Origin: an uncultured Prevotellaceae bacterium
Lineage (GTDB): Bacteria > Bacteroidota > Bacteroidia > Bacteroidales > Bacteroidaceae
Reading direction: 5' to 3'
NCBI GenBank assembly: GCA_937902455.1
Contig: CALELI010000144.1
Location: forward strand, 1-55,737
DNA length: 55,737 nt
This document shows, one piece after another, positions 26,896-36,134 of the stretch. The position numbers were made by a program, and so were the translations under genes. Numbering within the stretch: the stretch's first letter is position 1; the number at the start of each line of letters is the position of its first letter. The notes beneath the pieces are model-generated. The model searched no databases and was not told where the DNA came from. It saw only the letters and a list, made by a program, of their open reading frames with translations.

Positions 26896-29295
26896 TTATT
26901 CCTGAACATACACTCTTTGTACTCGCGTTGATATTCCTGTCAGGATTTCGTAAGGGATGGTTCCGATGGCATCGCTGAGGACGGTCACTGGGAGATCATT
27001 TCCGAATATTATGACCTTATCGCCTTCCTTGCAGTCAATGTCGGTGACGTCAATCATACATACATCCATGCAGATGTTGCCGACATAGTAAGCCTTCTGT
27101 CCACCTACGAGGCAATAGCAGTTCCTGTTTCCCAGTTTGCGGTTCAGGCCGTCAGCATATCCTATAGGGATGGCTGCTATGCGTGAATCACGTTCCACAA
27201 ATGACTTTCGGCTATAGCCTATGCTGTCGCCGGCAGGTACGTCACGAATCTGAAGGATTGTGGTCTGAAGGGTTGCCACATTATTAATTATCTTGTTATT
27301 CCGTGGATTGATTCCATAGAGTCCAAGCCCTAATCGCACCATGTCCATGTGGTAGCGAGGGAAATGCTCGATACCTGCGGAGTTGCAGATGTGGCGCAGA
27401 ATCTTATGGTTGTAGGCATTTTGAAGTTGTGTGCTTGCCTTGTCGTAGAGTTTGAACTGCTGATGAGAGAATTCGTCGAACTCATCGCCGTCACTTCCGA
27501 CGAAATGGCTGAAGATGGAGCAAGGAACAAGTGCGTTCTGCTTGCTCAGGCGATTGATGAGGCGTTCCATGTCGGTATCGGCATTGAATCCTAACCGGTG
27601 CATTCCTGTGTCAATCTTCACGTGGATAGGGAAGTTTGTGATGCCTTCCTTCTCGGCTGCTGTTATGAGTGCTTCGAGTAGTTGGAAATTATATACTTCA
27701 GGTTCGAGCTTGTAGTCGAACAGCATCTTGAACGACGTGAGTTCAGGGTTCATCACCATGATATTGGCGGTGATGCCGGCCTTTCGCAGTTCCATTCCCT
27801 CGTCGGCTACGGCTACGGCAAGATAGTCGATGCCCTGGTCTTGGAGTGTCTTGCTTGTCTCGAACGAACCGATTCCGTATGCAGATGCCTTCACCATGCA
27901 GACCATTTTTGTGTTTGGCTGCATGAACGACTTGTAGTAGTTTACGTTGTCAATAAGTGCGTTGAGATTAATCTCAAGTATTGTCTGGTGGACTTTCAGG
28001 GTAAGGAGGTCGGACAATTCGTCGAAGTGGAACTGGCGTGCTCCTTTTATTAGGATAAACTCGTTGTTCAGGTTGTTGAACACTTCACTGCCTATGAGTT
28101 CTTCTGTATCCTTGAAGAAATAGCTCTCCATATAGAAATAGTCTGCACAGGCATTTATCTGCTCACCGACACCGATGAATTTCTCGATTCCACGCATAGA
28201 GGCCATCTCTGCCACGCGCTTATAGAGTGTCCTGGCTGATTCTCCGCTCTGGAGGATGTCGCTGAGTATCAGCGTGCGCTTCTGTTCCTTTGTGTCAGGT
28301 CGGCGCATCATGAAGTCGAGGGCAATGTCGAGCGAATGAACATCGGAGTTATATGTGTCGTTTATCAGAGTACATCCATTCTTGCCGTCTTTCACCTCCA
28401 GACGCATTGCAACTGGTTCAAGGGATGAGAAGCGGGTAAGTATGTGCTCCACGGACAGATTTGGCAGGTAGTCTTTCAGTGCCAGACAGGTCGCGAGACA
28501 TGTGATGGAATTCTCGATGGCGGCATCGTCGATGAAAGGAATGGTGTAAGTGAATGTCTCGTCGTCCTTTGACTTGCAGCTAACGGTTGCATTTGAATTG
28601 TCTTTGTCGACTGAGATGATTTCGAGTGATGACGGCGATACGGTCTTCTCACAGTTGCAGAATAACTTCATCTTCTCGTTGTACTTCTCTTCCATTGAGA
28701 TGAAATTCTCCTGATGAGCCTGGCCGATATTTGTGAACACACCTATTGTCGGACGGATGATTCTTTCCAGCTTTGCCATTTCGCCAGAATGGGAAATGCC
28801 TGCCTCGATGATTGCCATGTCGTTGTGGCCATTGATGAGCCAGAGCGACAGAGGTACTCCGTACTGGGAGTTGTAGCTTCTCGGTGAACGGCAGACGTTG
28901 AAATCTGGCGAGAGTAACTGATAGAGCCATTCCTTCACTGTCGTCTTGCCGTTGCTTCCGGTTATGGCTACTACTGGCATGGTGAACTGATGCCGGTTAT
29001 AGGCTGCGAGTGTCTGTAAGGCATCAAGGGTGTCGTTGACGATGAGGAAATTGCAGAGCCTGTAACCTTCCATCTGGAAAGGTACTTCGCTTACCACGAA
29101 ATTCCTTACTCCACGACGGTAGAGTTCCTCGACATACTTGTGTCCGTCGTTCTTCTGCGTCTTGATTGCAAAGAACAATGTCTGTTCTGCAAAACACAAT
29201 GACCTGCTGTCGATTAACAGCCAGTTTATCTGTGCATCTTCGCATCCTCTTCTTTCTGCACTGATTATTCGTGCTATGTCACTTATTCTATACAC
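26896..29295 (-). CDS. murF: Bifunctional UDP-N-acetylmuramoyl-tripeptide--D-alanyl-D-alanine ligase / alanine racemase (MurF-Alr fusion)
   Basis: 799 aa. The N-terminal half is Mur ligase (ITGSNGKTT). The C-terminal half is alanine racemase (VKASAYG PLP site, ...GYADG...). Confidence 0.9.
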   Translation of the reverse strand: MYRISDIARIISAERRGCEDAQINWLLIDSRSLCFAEQTLFFAIKTQKNDGHKYVEELYRRGVRNFVVSEVPFQMEGYRLCNFLIVNDTLDALQTLAAYNRHQFTMPVVAITGSNGKTTVKEWLYQLLSPDFNVCRSPRSYNSQYGVPLSLWLINGHNDMAIIEAGISHSGEMAKLERIIRPTIGVFTNIGQAHQENFISMEEKYNEKMKLFCNCEKTVSPSSLEIISVDKDNSNATVSCKSKDDETFTYTIPFIDDAAIENSITCLATCLALKDYLPNLSVEHILTRFSSLEPVAMRLEVKDGKNGCTLINDTYNSDVHSLDIALDFMMRRPDTKEQKRTLILSDILQSGESARTLYKRVAEMASMRGIEKFIGVGEQINACADYFYMESYFFKDTEELIGSEVFNNLNNEFILIKGARQFHFDELSDLLTLKVHQTILEINLNALIDNVNYYKSFMQPNTKMVCMVKASAYGIGSFETSKTLQDQGIDYLAVAVADEGMELRKAGITANIMVMNPELTSFKMLFDYKLEPEVYNFQLLEALITAAEKEGITNFPIHVKIDTGMHRLGFNADTDMERLINRLSKQNALVPCSIFSHFVGSDGDEFDEFSHQQFKLYDKASTQLQNAYNHKILRHICNSAGIEHFPRYHMDMVRLGLGLYGINPRNNKIINNVATLQTTILQIRDVPAGDSIGYSRKSFVERDSRIAAIPIGYADGLNRKLGNRNCYCLVGGQKAYYVGNICMDVCMIDVTDIDCKEGDKVIIFGNDLPVTVLSDAIGTIPYEILTGISTRVQRVYVQE

Positions 29296-29315
29296 GTCTG
29301 TTTTTTACGAATTAC

Positions 29316-30128
29316 TTATTGCGAGTTTTGTGTCGCAAATGGAATATGTTGTTCTTGTTTATGTATCTTTTCTTTGTTGAGAGTTATCTGCCTTGTCTGT
29401 TCCGAGAAATATGTTTCCTGGAATTGCTCCCAGATATAGTCGACGGCTACTGCTGATGGATGCATCATGTCTTCGGCATAGAAGCGGTAATCCCTCAGTT
29501 CGTCCATCATGATTTCGAAGGCAGGGAAATATTCACACTTCTCCGGATACCTTTTGCAGAGTTCGTTGACTGCAAGAAGTAGTGTCGCCTTGCTGACCTG
29601 GTTTTCGTGGAGGCCATCCTTCTTGTGCCGGATTGGGCTTACTGTAAAAATCATTCTTGGGCATTCGCCGTCAGGCCAGTTCTCTATGAGTTGACTCCAG
29701 GTGTCGACGATTGCATCGACCGAGAGTTTCTCTCTGACGAAGAGTCTGTCTGGTTGTTTCTTGCAGTTTGCCACGACCATTCCTGTCTCTTTCAGCCGGT
29801 AAATCCATGCTGTGCCGAATGTGATGCAGAGTATGTCGGTGCTTAATGAGTCAGGAGTTTCCGCCCATGACAGGTCTGCCTTTGAGTGGAGCCAGTCGAA
29901 GAATTCCCCATTTCGCTGTCCGGCAGGCTTGGCGCACTCGGTAATCACACTTGCTATTGATGCTGGATTATAGAGGGTGCCGAGAGGATTGACAGTTGCC
30001 GAAAAACCGCCATTGACGAGTTTCTCTCCGATATTGTCGGAGAAACAACTTCCGAGCAGGAGTATTTTCTGCCCGTGGCTGATTTCATTCTTGCTTTTCT
30101 TTATGTCAACTCTCGTCCTGAACTCCAT
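29316..30128 (-). CDS. GSCFA domain protein
   Basis: 270 aa with the LLGSCFSDNIG motif characteristic of the GSCFA family. Confidence 0.75.
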   Translation of the reverse strand: MEFRTRVDIKKSKNEISHGQKILLLGSCFSDNIGEKLVNGGFSATVNPLGTLYNPASIASVITECAKPAGQRNGEFFDWLHSKADLSWAETPDSLSTDILCITFGTAWIYRLKETGMVVANCKKQPDRLFVREKLSVDAIVDTWSQLIENWPDGECPRMIFTVSPIRHKKDGLHENQVSKATLLLAVNELCKRYPEKCEYFPAFEIMMDELRDYRFYAEDMMHPSAVAVDYIWEQFQETYFSEQTRQITLNKEKIHKQEQHIPFATQNSQ

Positions 30129-30141
30129 GAATCTTGATTAT

Positions 30142-30753
30142 TTAAAGTCTGACTGTCTTTATTCCGTCGTAAGTGTTGATTCTCATGACAAGGCTATCGC
30201 AGTCGGTGTAGTCTCTGAGGGGCATACTGAAATACTTGTCCTCAGTGTACGACTCTGCATCTTTGGCATTCCGCTCGTGTAGCAATGTGAAGTATGCTAT
30301 TGTCTGTCCCTGTTCGTTCTGCATTGTCGTATCTGCTGCAAAGGCATATTTGTGTCCTCCGTTTCCTGTGGTCATCAATCCGAGATGCAGATTCAGGTAG
30401 CCTCCGCTCTTCCATGAACTGATGAACTTCATGGGATCAGTAGGTGTGGACTTGAATTTCCTTACGGGATGTGGAATGTCAGAGAACACCTCCTTGATTG
30501 AATACACGTTCAGCCTTCCGTTCTCGCTTATGTTGTAGGTACACAGGCATCTCAGGACACTGTCGGCAACATTAGTCATAATGCTGTGATTCAGTTTCCA
30601 TCTTGTTCCGTCGTCGGTAATGATTGCGACGACATTCTTGTCGCCTCCGGTCTCTATCTCTACGAGGTCAGAGAGTACGGGAGGCACATTCCCTTCGTCA
30701 TCCTTGTCACATGCCTGCAACAGCAGCATTGTGATTGCGAAGAGGATTGGCAT
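30142..30753 (-). CDS. Lipoprotein, NigD-like
   Basis: The probable start is the internal MPILFAITMLLLQAC lipobox (the track ORF extends to 30873 and overlaps the upstream gene). DKDD follows the Cys, and DPMKFISSWKSGGYLNLHL resembles the NigD C-terminal domain. Confidence 0.5.
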   Translation of the reverse strand: MPILFAITMLLLQACDKDDEGNVPPVLSDLVEIETGGDKNVVAIITDDGTRWKLNHSIMTNVADSVLRCLCTYNISENGRLNVYSIKEVFSDIPHPVRKFKSTPTDPMKFISSWKSGGYLNLHLGLMTTGNGGHKYAFAADTTMQNEQGQTIAYFTLLHERNAKDAESYTEDKYFSMPLRDYTDCDSLVMRINTYDGIKTVRL

Positions 30754-31843
30754 ACATAGTAAGAATCCTTTCGCGAAGGAATTCCCGGTCAGGGTTGTCG
30801 ATGTTGATTTTCTTGAGTTGCTGTTCAATGTATTCATTTGAGGTCTTGAGTGCGTACTTGTCGGAATTGTCAAGATAACTGAGCGCTTCTTCGTTTATTG
30901 GATAGATGCGGTAGTTCTTGTGGATTTCCTCGTCGATATGTTTTGCCACGATGTCGAAGAGTTCTGTCTTTGGAGTGTCAGGGTCGAGTGTGTCGAGCCA
31001 TTCGTTTATGCAAGGTGCTGCATGATAGTGAACGTGTCCTTTCTTGCCGAATATGCCAGTCTTCATGTTGTTGAGGTCGTCCTGCTGGCTCTTCCTGAAA
31101 TCAGGAATGTCGCGTTTGTTCTGGAATTCCTCTGCCTTCAGGTAGTCGCAAGGGTCGTATTCGTAGGAGATGGTGAGTGGGACGATGTTGAGTTCCTTGA
31201 GGCTCTCTATCACCGAACCGCTTTTTCCTCCGAGACAGAGCATTTTCAGCACGCTGTCCTGTGTCCTGTCGTTGCTGTCTTTCGCGCGTCCTTCACGCTG
31301 GGCAATCCACACGTTGCTTCTCTTTTCCTGAATGACGTAATGGATGTATTCCGACATTTTCTTGGAAGCCATCAGCATCTGTCGCATAGTCAGCGCTCTC
31401 TGGACGATGAACGAGCGGTTCACCCTCACGAGGTTTCTTATCCAGGGATGAATGAGCAGGTTGTCGCCTATGGCAATCTCTACCGTGTCCTGCTTGTGGT
31501 CGAGGAGCAGAGCGCACAGGAATGCCGAGTCGAGGACTATGTCGCGGTGGTTGGATATGAAGGTGTATCCGGTCGAGAAGTCCAGCGAACTGAAGTCGGC
31601 ATCGAGTCCGTCGCTTGCCGTAGCGGCAATCTTCATCACGAAATGATATACGAGTCTCTCCTGGAATTCCTGGCTTGTCTTGCATGAACGCATTACGGCC
31701 GCGAATTGTTCGAAGGGTATCTCTGGAATGACCTTTGAGATTACCTCCACGAATTCCGGGTCGGAGATGAGTGTGTCGAACGCCTCCGGCAACTCTTCCG
31801 GTAGGAATGGTCTTATGTCGTCAAAATAATGTATGTCTTGCAT
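30707..31843 (-). CDS. PlsC-family acyltransferase (1-acyl-sn-glycerol-3-phosphate acyltransferase-like)
   Basis: 378 aa with the HX4D motif NHRDIVLD. Confidence 0.8.
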   Translation of the reverse strand: MQDIHYFDDIRPFLPEELPEAFDTLISDPEFVEVISKVIPEIPFEQFAAVMRSCKTSQEFQERLVYHFVMKIAATASDGLDADFSSLDFSTGYTFISNHRDIVLDSAFLCALLLDHKQDTVEIAIGDNLLIHPWIRNLVRVNRSFIVQRALTMRQMLMASKKMSEYIHYVIQEKRSNVWIAQREGRAKDSNDRTQDSVLKMLCLGGKSGSVIESLKELNIVPLTISYEYDPCDYLKAEEFQNKRDIPDFRKSQQDDLNNMKTGIFGKKGHVHYHAAPCINEWLDTLDPDTPKTELFDIVAKHIDEEIHKNYRIYPINEEALSYLDNSDKYALKTSNEYIEQQLKKINIDNPDREFLRERILTMYANPLRNHNAAVAGM

Positions 31844-31893
31844 TTAATTACGAAATACGAGTTACGAAATACGAAATGGGAGCCATGAAGGGC

Positions 31894-32922
31894 TTATTTC
31901 AGTTTTGAGGCAATCACTTCGTCGAGTATGTAATTCATCTCGAGTCCGTCAGCCTTTGCCTGCTGAGGGATGAAACTGGTTGGGGTCATCCCCGGGGTGG
32001 CATTGATTTCCAGAAGGTTGATGACGTCTACTGTTGGGGTTTCGTTCTCGACGAGGATTCCGTGCTCGTGAACCGATTTCGTGATGATGTAGTCGACTCT
32101 CATGATTCCGTTGCCTCCGAGAATGGTGTAGATTGACTTGGTGAGTGACTTCACTCTGCTCGTGGTCTCAGGGCTGAGTCGTGCAGGGGTGATTTCCTCC
32201 ACCTGACCATTGTATTTCGCATCGTAGTCGAAGAACTCGTTCTTGCTTACTACTTCCGTGATTGGCAGCACATGAATCTCGCCGTTAGCCTTGCGGAATA
32301 CTCCGTTGGCGATTTCCGTACCTTTCAGCTCGGCTTCTATCATTACCTCACCGCCTTCGGTCCTTGCGAATTCGATGGCTTTCTGGATGTCTTCCTTCTT
32401 TGCTACACGAGAGACTCCGAAACTGCTTCCCGAACCGTTTGGCTTTACGAAACAGGGAAGTCCCACTCTCTTGATGACGTCGTCGTCTGTGATGTTCTGT
32501 CCTGCACGCAGGAGGATTGAGTCAGCCACCTTTACTCCGAAACGGCGGAGGTAGTGGTTGTTGGCGAACTTGTCGAATGTGAGTGCTGCCGTGAGCACGC
32601 TGCAAGTGGAATAAGGTATTCCGAGCAGTTCGAAGTAGCCCTGGAGGATTCCGTTCTCTCCTGGTGTTCCGTGAATGGTGATGTAGGCGAAGTCCGGATT
32701 TATCTTCTCGTCACCTTTCATGAACGAGAAGTCATGACGGTTTACAGGTGAGAGTGTGCCGTCTTCGAGGACTGCGTTCCACTCCAGGCCTCTTGTCTCG
32801 ATGATATATACTTCGTACTTGTCCCTGTCGAGCCAGGAACTGATGCCTGCAGCGCTTTTCATCGACACCTCATGTTCCGATGAGTCGCCACCTGCAACTA
32901 TTGCAATGATTTTCTTATTCAT
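31894..32922 (-). CDS. ddl: D-alanine--D-alanine ligase
   Basis: 342 aa with ATP-grasp features, MNKKIIAIVAGGDSSEHEVS..., and C-terminal EINATPGMT. Confidence 0.93.
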   Translation of the reverse strand: MNKKIIAIVAGGDSSEHEVSMKSAAGISSWLDRDKYEVYIIETRGLEWNAVLEDGTLSPVNRHDFSFMKGDEKINPDFAYITIHGTPGENGILQGYFELLGIPYSTCSVLTAALTFDKFANNHYLRRFGVKVADSILLRAGQNITDDDVIKRVGLPCFVKPNGSGSSFGVSRVAKKEDIQKAIEFARTEGGEVMIEAELKGTEIANGVFRKANGEIHVLPITEVVSKNEFFDYDAKYNGQVEEITPARLSPETTSRVKSLTKSIYTILGGNGIMRVDYIITKSVHEHGILVENETPTVDVINLLEINATPGMTPTSFIPQQAKADGLEMNYILDEVIASKLK

Positions 32923-32937
32923 ATTGTTTTTTTATAA

Positions 32938-32981
32938 CATTAATCAAACATTAATCTGAACATTAATCAGACATTAATAAT
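32938..32981. repeat. Four CATTAAT words at ~11.5-bp phasing. This is the left arm of an inverted repeat around the GxxExxY gene.
   Basis: cattaatcaaacattaatctgaacattaatcagacattaat. The 19-mer acattaatcagacattaat (32960-32978) recurs as its reverse complement at 33478-33496 and 33501-33519. Confidence 0.85.
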
Positions 32982-33466
32982 TCTATCAAGTGCTCATTCG
33001 CAACATTTGTTTCAAATAATTTGTTGTAATCAACATCATATACAGGATTCATTTCCTTGTCAACAACAAAACACTTGTTGCTGCTGGAATCTAAGGCCCA
33101 TCTTTCACAAATCAAGTCCTCTTCTCCAAAGTTGATTAACAGTCCTATAGGCTTTCGTGTCAATCGCAAATAATTGCATAATTGAGCCCGATGTGCAGGT
33201 ATGATATGTGAAACGGATTTAAGTTCAACTATAATGTCATTGTTCACGACAATGTCCATTTTATATTGTTTGTCAAGTTTTTGTTTTTTGTAGAATACAT
33301 CAATTGATTCTTCTCTATTGTTTGTTATTCCCCTTGAAATGAGTTCCACACTAAGTGCTTCTTGATATACAGGTTCAAGCAATCCCCAGTTTAGTTCACG
33401 ATGTACAGTCATTGCAGCACCGATTATTTCGTAAACCAATTTTGCATATTGCTTATGTATGTTCAT
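32963..33466 (-). CDS. GxxExxY protein (PD-(D/E)XK nuclease-like family)
   Basis: 167 aa. The motif GLLEPVYQEAL matches G..E..Y. The last codons (ELLMSD*) are encoded by the flanking repeat. Confidence 0.8.
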   Translation of the reverse strand: MNIHKQYAKLVYEIIGAAMTVHRELNWGLLEPVYQEALSVELISRGITNNREESIDVFYKKQKLDKQYKMDIVVNNDIIVELKSVSHIIPAHRAQLCNYLRLTRKPIGLLINFGEEDLICERWALDSSSNKCFVVDKEMNPVYDVDYNKLFETNVANEHLIELLMSD

Positions 33467-33477
33467 TGTTCAAGAGT

Positions 33478-33527
33478 ATTAATGTCTGATTAATGTTTTA
33501 ATTAATGTCTGATTAATGTTTATAATA
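33478..33527. repeat. Right arm: inverted CATTAAT array (two 23-bp copies of attaatgtctgattaatgt)
   Basis: attaatgtctgattaatgttttaattaatgtctgattaatgtttataat. Confidence 0.85.
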
Positions 33528-33530
33528 TGT

Positions 33531-34592
33531 TTAACATAAATCTCCATTATATTTTCTCCATTTGTCGAGTAGGGCAGTCATGTCGGCTGGGATTTCGGAG
33601 TCGAACATCATCTCCTTCCTGGTTCTTGGATGGACGAATCCGAGAGTCTTGGCATGGAGTGCCTGACGAGGACAGACTTTCATGCAGTTGTCCACGAATT
33701 GCTTGTACTTGCTCGAAGTGGTTCCCTTGAGGATGACGTCGCCGCCATATCGCTCGTCGTTGAAGAGCGTGTGACCGATGTGCTTCATGTGGACCCTTAT
33801 CTGATGGGTCCTGCCTGTCTCGAGAACGCACTTCACGAGTGTGACGTACCCGAACTTCTCCTTTATATAATAATGTGTGACGGCATGTTTGCCAATCTCC
33901 GAGTCAGGGTCGAACACGGCCATCTGCATCCTGTCCTTAGGGTTGCGGGCGATATTTCCGATGATTGTCCCCTCGTCGGTGTCGAAGTTGCCCCACACGA
34001 GGGCGTTGTACTCGCGCTTCGTGGTCTTGTTGAAGAACTGCTTGCCGAGATGAGTCTTCGCGTCGGCCGTCTTTGCCACTACCAGCAGCCCGCTCGTGTC
34101 CTTGTCGATTCTGTGGACGAGTCCTATCTCCGGGTTGTTGATGTCGAACTGAGGATGGTCTTTCAGGTGCCATGCAATGGCGTTGAGCATCGTTCCGTGC
34201 CAGTTTCCGAATCCGGGATGCACCACCATCCCTGCCGGCTTGTTCACCACCATGAGGTCGTCGTCTTCATAGACCACGTCGAGAGGGATTTCCTCAGGCT
34301 CTATCTTGTTCTCATAGTGAGGCCTGTCGAGCATTATCTTGATGACGTCGCCCGGCTTCACCTTGTAACTTCGTTTCACAGGCTTGTCGTTGCACACGAT
34401 GAAACCTGCGTCAGCGGCTTTCTGAACCCTGTTGCGGGAAGTGTCTTTCAGGTGGTCGATGAGGAACTTGTCGATTCGTTCCAGTTTCTGTCCCTTGTCG
34501 GCAACTATCTTGAAATGCTCATACAGTTGCGCCGACTCCTCGTCTTCGTCTTCTGCCTCGGTGTCAATGTATATTTCCTCAAGATCGGCCAT
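33531..34592 (-). CDS. rluD: 23S rRNA pseudouridine synthase, RluD/RluA family
   Basis: 353 aa with an S4 domain and the catalytic motif HRIDKDTSGLLVVAK. Confidence 0.92.
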   Translation of the reverse strand: MADLEEIYIDTEAEDEDEESAQLYEHFKIVADKGQKLERIDKFLIDHLKDTSRNRVQKAADAGFIVCNDKPVKRSYKVKPGDVIKIMLDRPHYENKIEPEEIPLDVVYEDDDLMVVNKPAGMVVHPGFGNWHGTMLNAIAWHLKDHPQFDINNPEIGLVHRIDKDTSGLLVVAKTADAKTHLGKQFFNKTTKREYNALVWGNFDTDEGTIIGNIARNPKDRMQMAVFDPDSEIGKHAVTHYYIKEKFGYVTLVKCVLETGRTHQIRVHMKHIGHTLFNDERYGGDVILKGTTSSKYKQFVDNCMKVCPRQALHAKTLGFVHPRTRKEMMFDSEIPADMTALLDKWRKYNGDLC

Positions 34593-35251
34593 TACAGTGC
34601 TATGTCAAATTTGTTTCGTTCAATTTCGGCAGTGTCAGCCATGAATTCCTTGTTGGCTTCATAGAAGGAATCGACGTCGAGCGAGTCGATGAAGTCTTCC
34701 TCCTCGCCACCTCCACAGACTAATGTCAGAGGCTTTTCCTTGTTCACGTTGCTTCCGGCAAGAATCTCTCTGCCTCCTTGCTTGATGGCAATCACGAGGT
34801 CCTTGGGACGACCTGTGATCATGATAGGTGCGGTGAGCTTGAATCCCATGTCCTTCAGGATTACCTCTGCCTGGCGTCTCGAGCTGTTTCCTGCAAGGTC
34901 AGGCAGTTTCACCATCGGTGCACCATGAAGGTTGATGGTGAGATGAACCACATGACCGGTCTTCACGATTGTCCCGGCCTTAGGGTTCTGGTCGAGTATG
35001 CAACCTGGCTTTGCGCCTTTCCTGTAGACGGAGTCGGTCACTACCGGCTCCAGTCCTGCCTTTTCGAGCAACTTGATGCCTTTGTAGTCCCTCTCGCCTA
35101 CGACCATAGGCACGTCGAGTTTCTCACCGTGATGAGTGTAACCATCAATCGTGAAATATATTACGACCGGAATGGCGACCACTACGGAGATGGCGAGCAG
35201 TACGTTGAGCCAGAAGAGGCAACCGGTCTTACCAGAGAAATATTGTTTCAT
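34592..35251 (-). CDS. PASTA domain-containing membrane protein
   Basis: 219 aa with an N-terminal TM segment and repeated PASTA-like units. Its stop overlaps the rluD start (TAATG). Confidence 0.7.
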   Translation of the reverse strand: MKQYFSGKTGCLFWLNVLLAISVVVAIPVVIYFTIDGYTHHGEKLDVPMVVGERDYKGIKLLEKAGLEPVVTDSVYRKGAKPGCILDQNPKAGTIVKTGHVVHLTINLHGAPMVKLPDLAGNSSRRQAEVILKDMGFKLTAPIMITGRPKDLVIAIKQGGREILAGSNVNKEKPLTLVCGGGEEEDFIDSLDVDSFYEANKEFMADTAEIERNKFDIAL

Positions 35252-35481
35252 AATTTAATCCTGACATCGTTTCCAGTTGCAAATTTACACAAAATTTCTG
35301 ACATTATCTCCTCCCATTCGCTTTATTTTTCCTAAATATTAGTGTTTGCCCGCCCGCGTAGACGTAAAGCCCGCCCCGACTATGTGTTTCTCTCCTCCGG
35401 AAGATGCCAGTAAGGAAGCTCCGTCATATCGGACAATCTGGTGCGCGACATCGGAAAACAAGGTCTGGTCAAACGGACGAT

Positions 35482-35581
35482 AAGGTCAATGCATTAATAA
35501 TGCGATGCCATTTGCATTAATAATGCATCGTCCATTGCATTAATAATGCATTTGCCATTGCATTAATAATGCGTTGACCTT
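35482..35581. repeat. Array of four 13-bp palindromes GCATTA-A-TAATGC at an exact 23-bp period, capped by aaggtcaa/ttgacctt
   Basis: Units lie at 35491-35503, 35514-35526, 35537-35549 and 35560-35572. Confidence 0.9.
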
Positions 35582-35665
35582 GTTCTCAGGTATTGCGCAC
35601 CTTGTTTTCAGGTATTGTGTGCCTTGTTCTCAGGTGTGGTTGACCTTCATTTCAGGAATAGATGT
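35578..35665. repeat. Four 22-bp direct repeats ccttgttctcaggtattgcgca (degenerating), abutting the palindrome array
   Basis: Unit starts are at 35578, 35600, 35622 and 35644. Confidence 0.85.
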
Positions 35666-35931
35666 TCTTCGTGTCCGGCATGGATGGTCGGGGCTTCCGA
35701 AATGGTCGTTTCCAGTGTCCGAAATCCGGGATTTATGAGCCTGTAAATACTCAATTCTGCTTCTTTTTTCGCTCATAATAGCATTGGATATGGTAAATTT
35801 TTGAGAACAAAATGTTAGAAAGCCCGTTTGGCTGGTGTGGTTTTCGGCGTCTTTTGCTGTCAATTTGTAAAGCGAAATGTTAAAACTTAAATTTTCTTAA
35901 AAGATGTTTTCGCCGTGTTAAATTTTTTTCG

Positions 35932-35939
35932 TACTTTTG
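35932..35939 (+). promoter_or_regulatory. Candidate -7 box TACTTTTG for the susC-like operon (would give a ~190-nt leader)
   Basis: TAnnTTTG match in an AT-rich stretch upstream of 36135. Confidence 0.4.
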
Positions 35940-36134
35940 CGTGCTTTTATAAATTATATAAGGTGAATGAAGTGCAAAAACAGACCATTAAATCTCTCGG
36001 GATGCGAGCATGATTTCATTTTTATGAGAGCGGATGAAGCGCAGGGTTGAAAATACTCTTTGTGAAGGTAAAATTGAAGGACAAAATCAGAGACTAATTT
36101 ATATTTATTTATTAATTTTTAAAAACTTCAAAGA

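Noticed and set aside
30754-30873. The long N-terminal extension of ORF 30142-30873 (MTIPTSTHSRPQMNTLNSNSRKS...)
   Set aside because: The extension overlaps the 3' end of the acyltransferase gene and is Ser/Thr/Asn-rich with no signal character. The internal Met followed by a classical lipobox (MPILFAITMLLLQAC) is the more plausible start.
35630-35863. 77-aa ORF on the minus strand in the susC upstream region
   Set aside because: It starts inside the 22-bp repeat array. It has no promoter or RBS context and no recognisable protein features. It is treated as non-coding.
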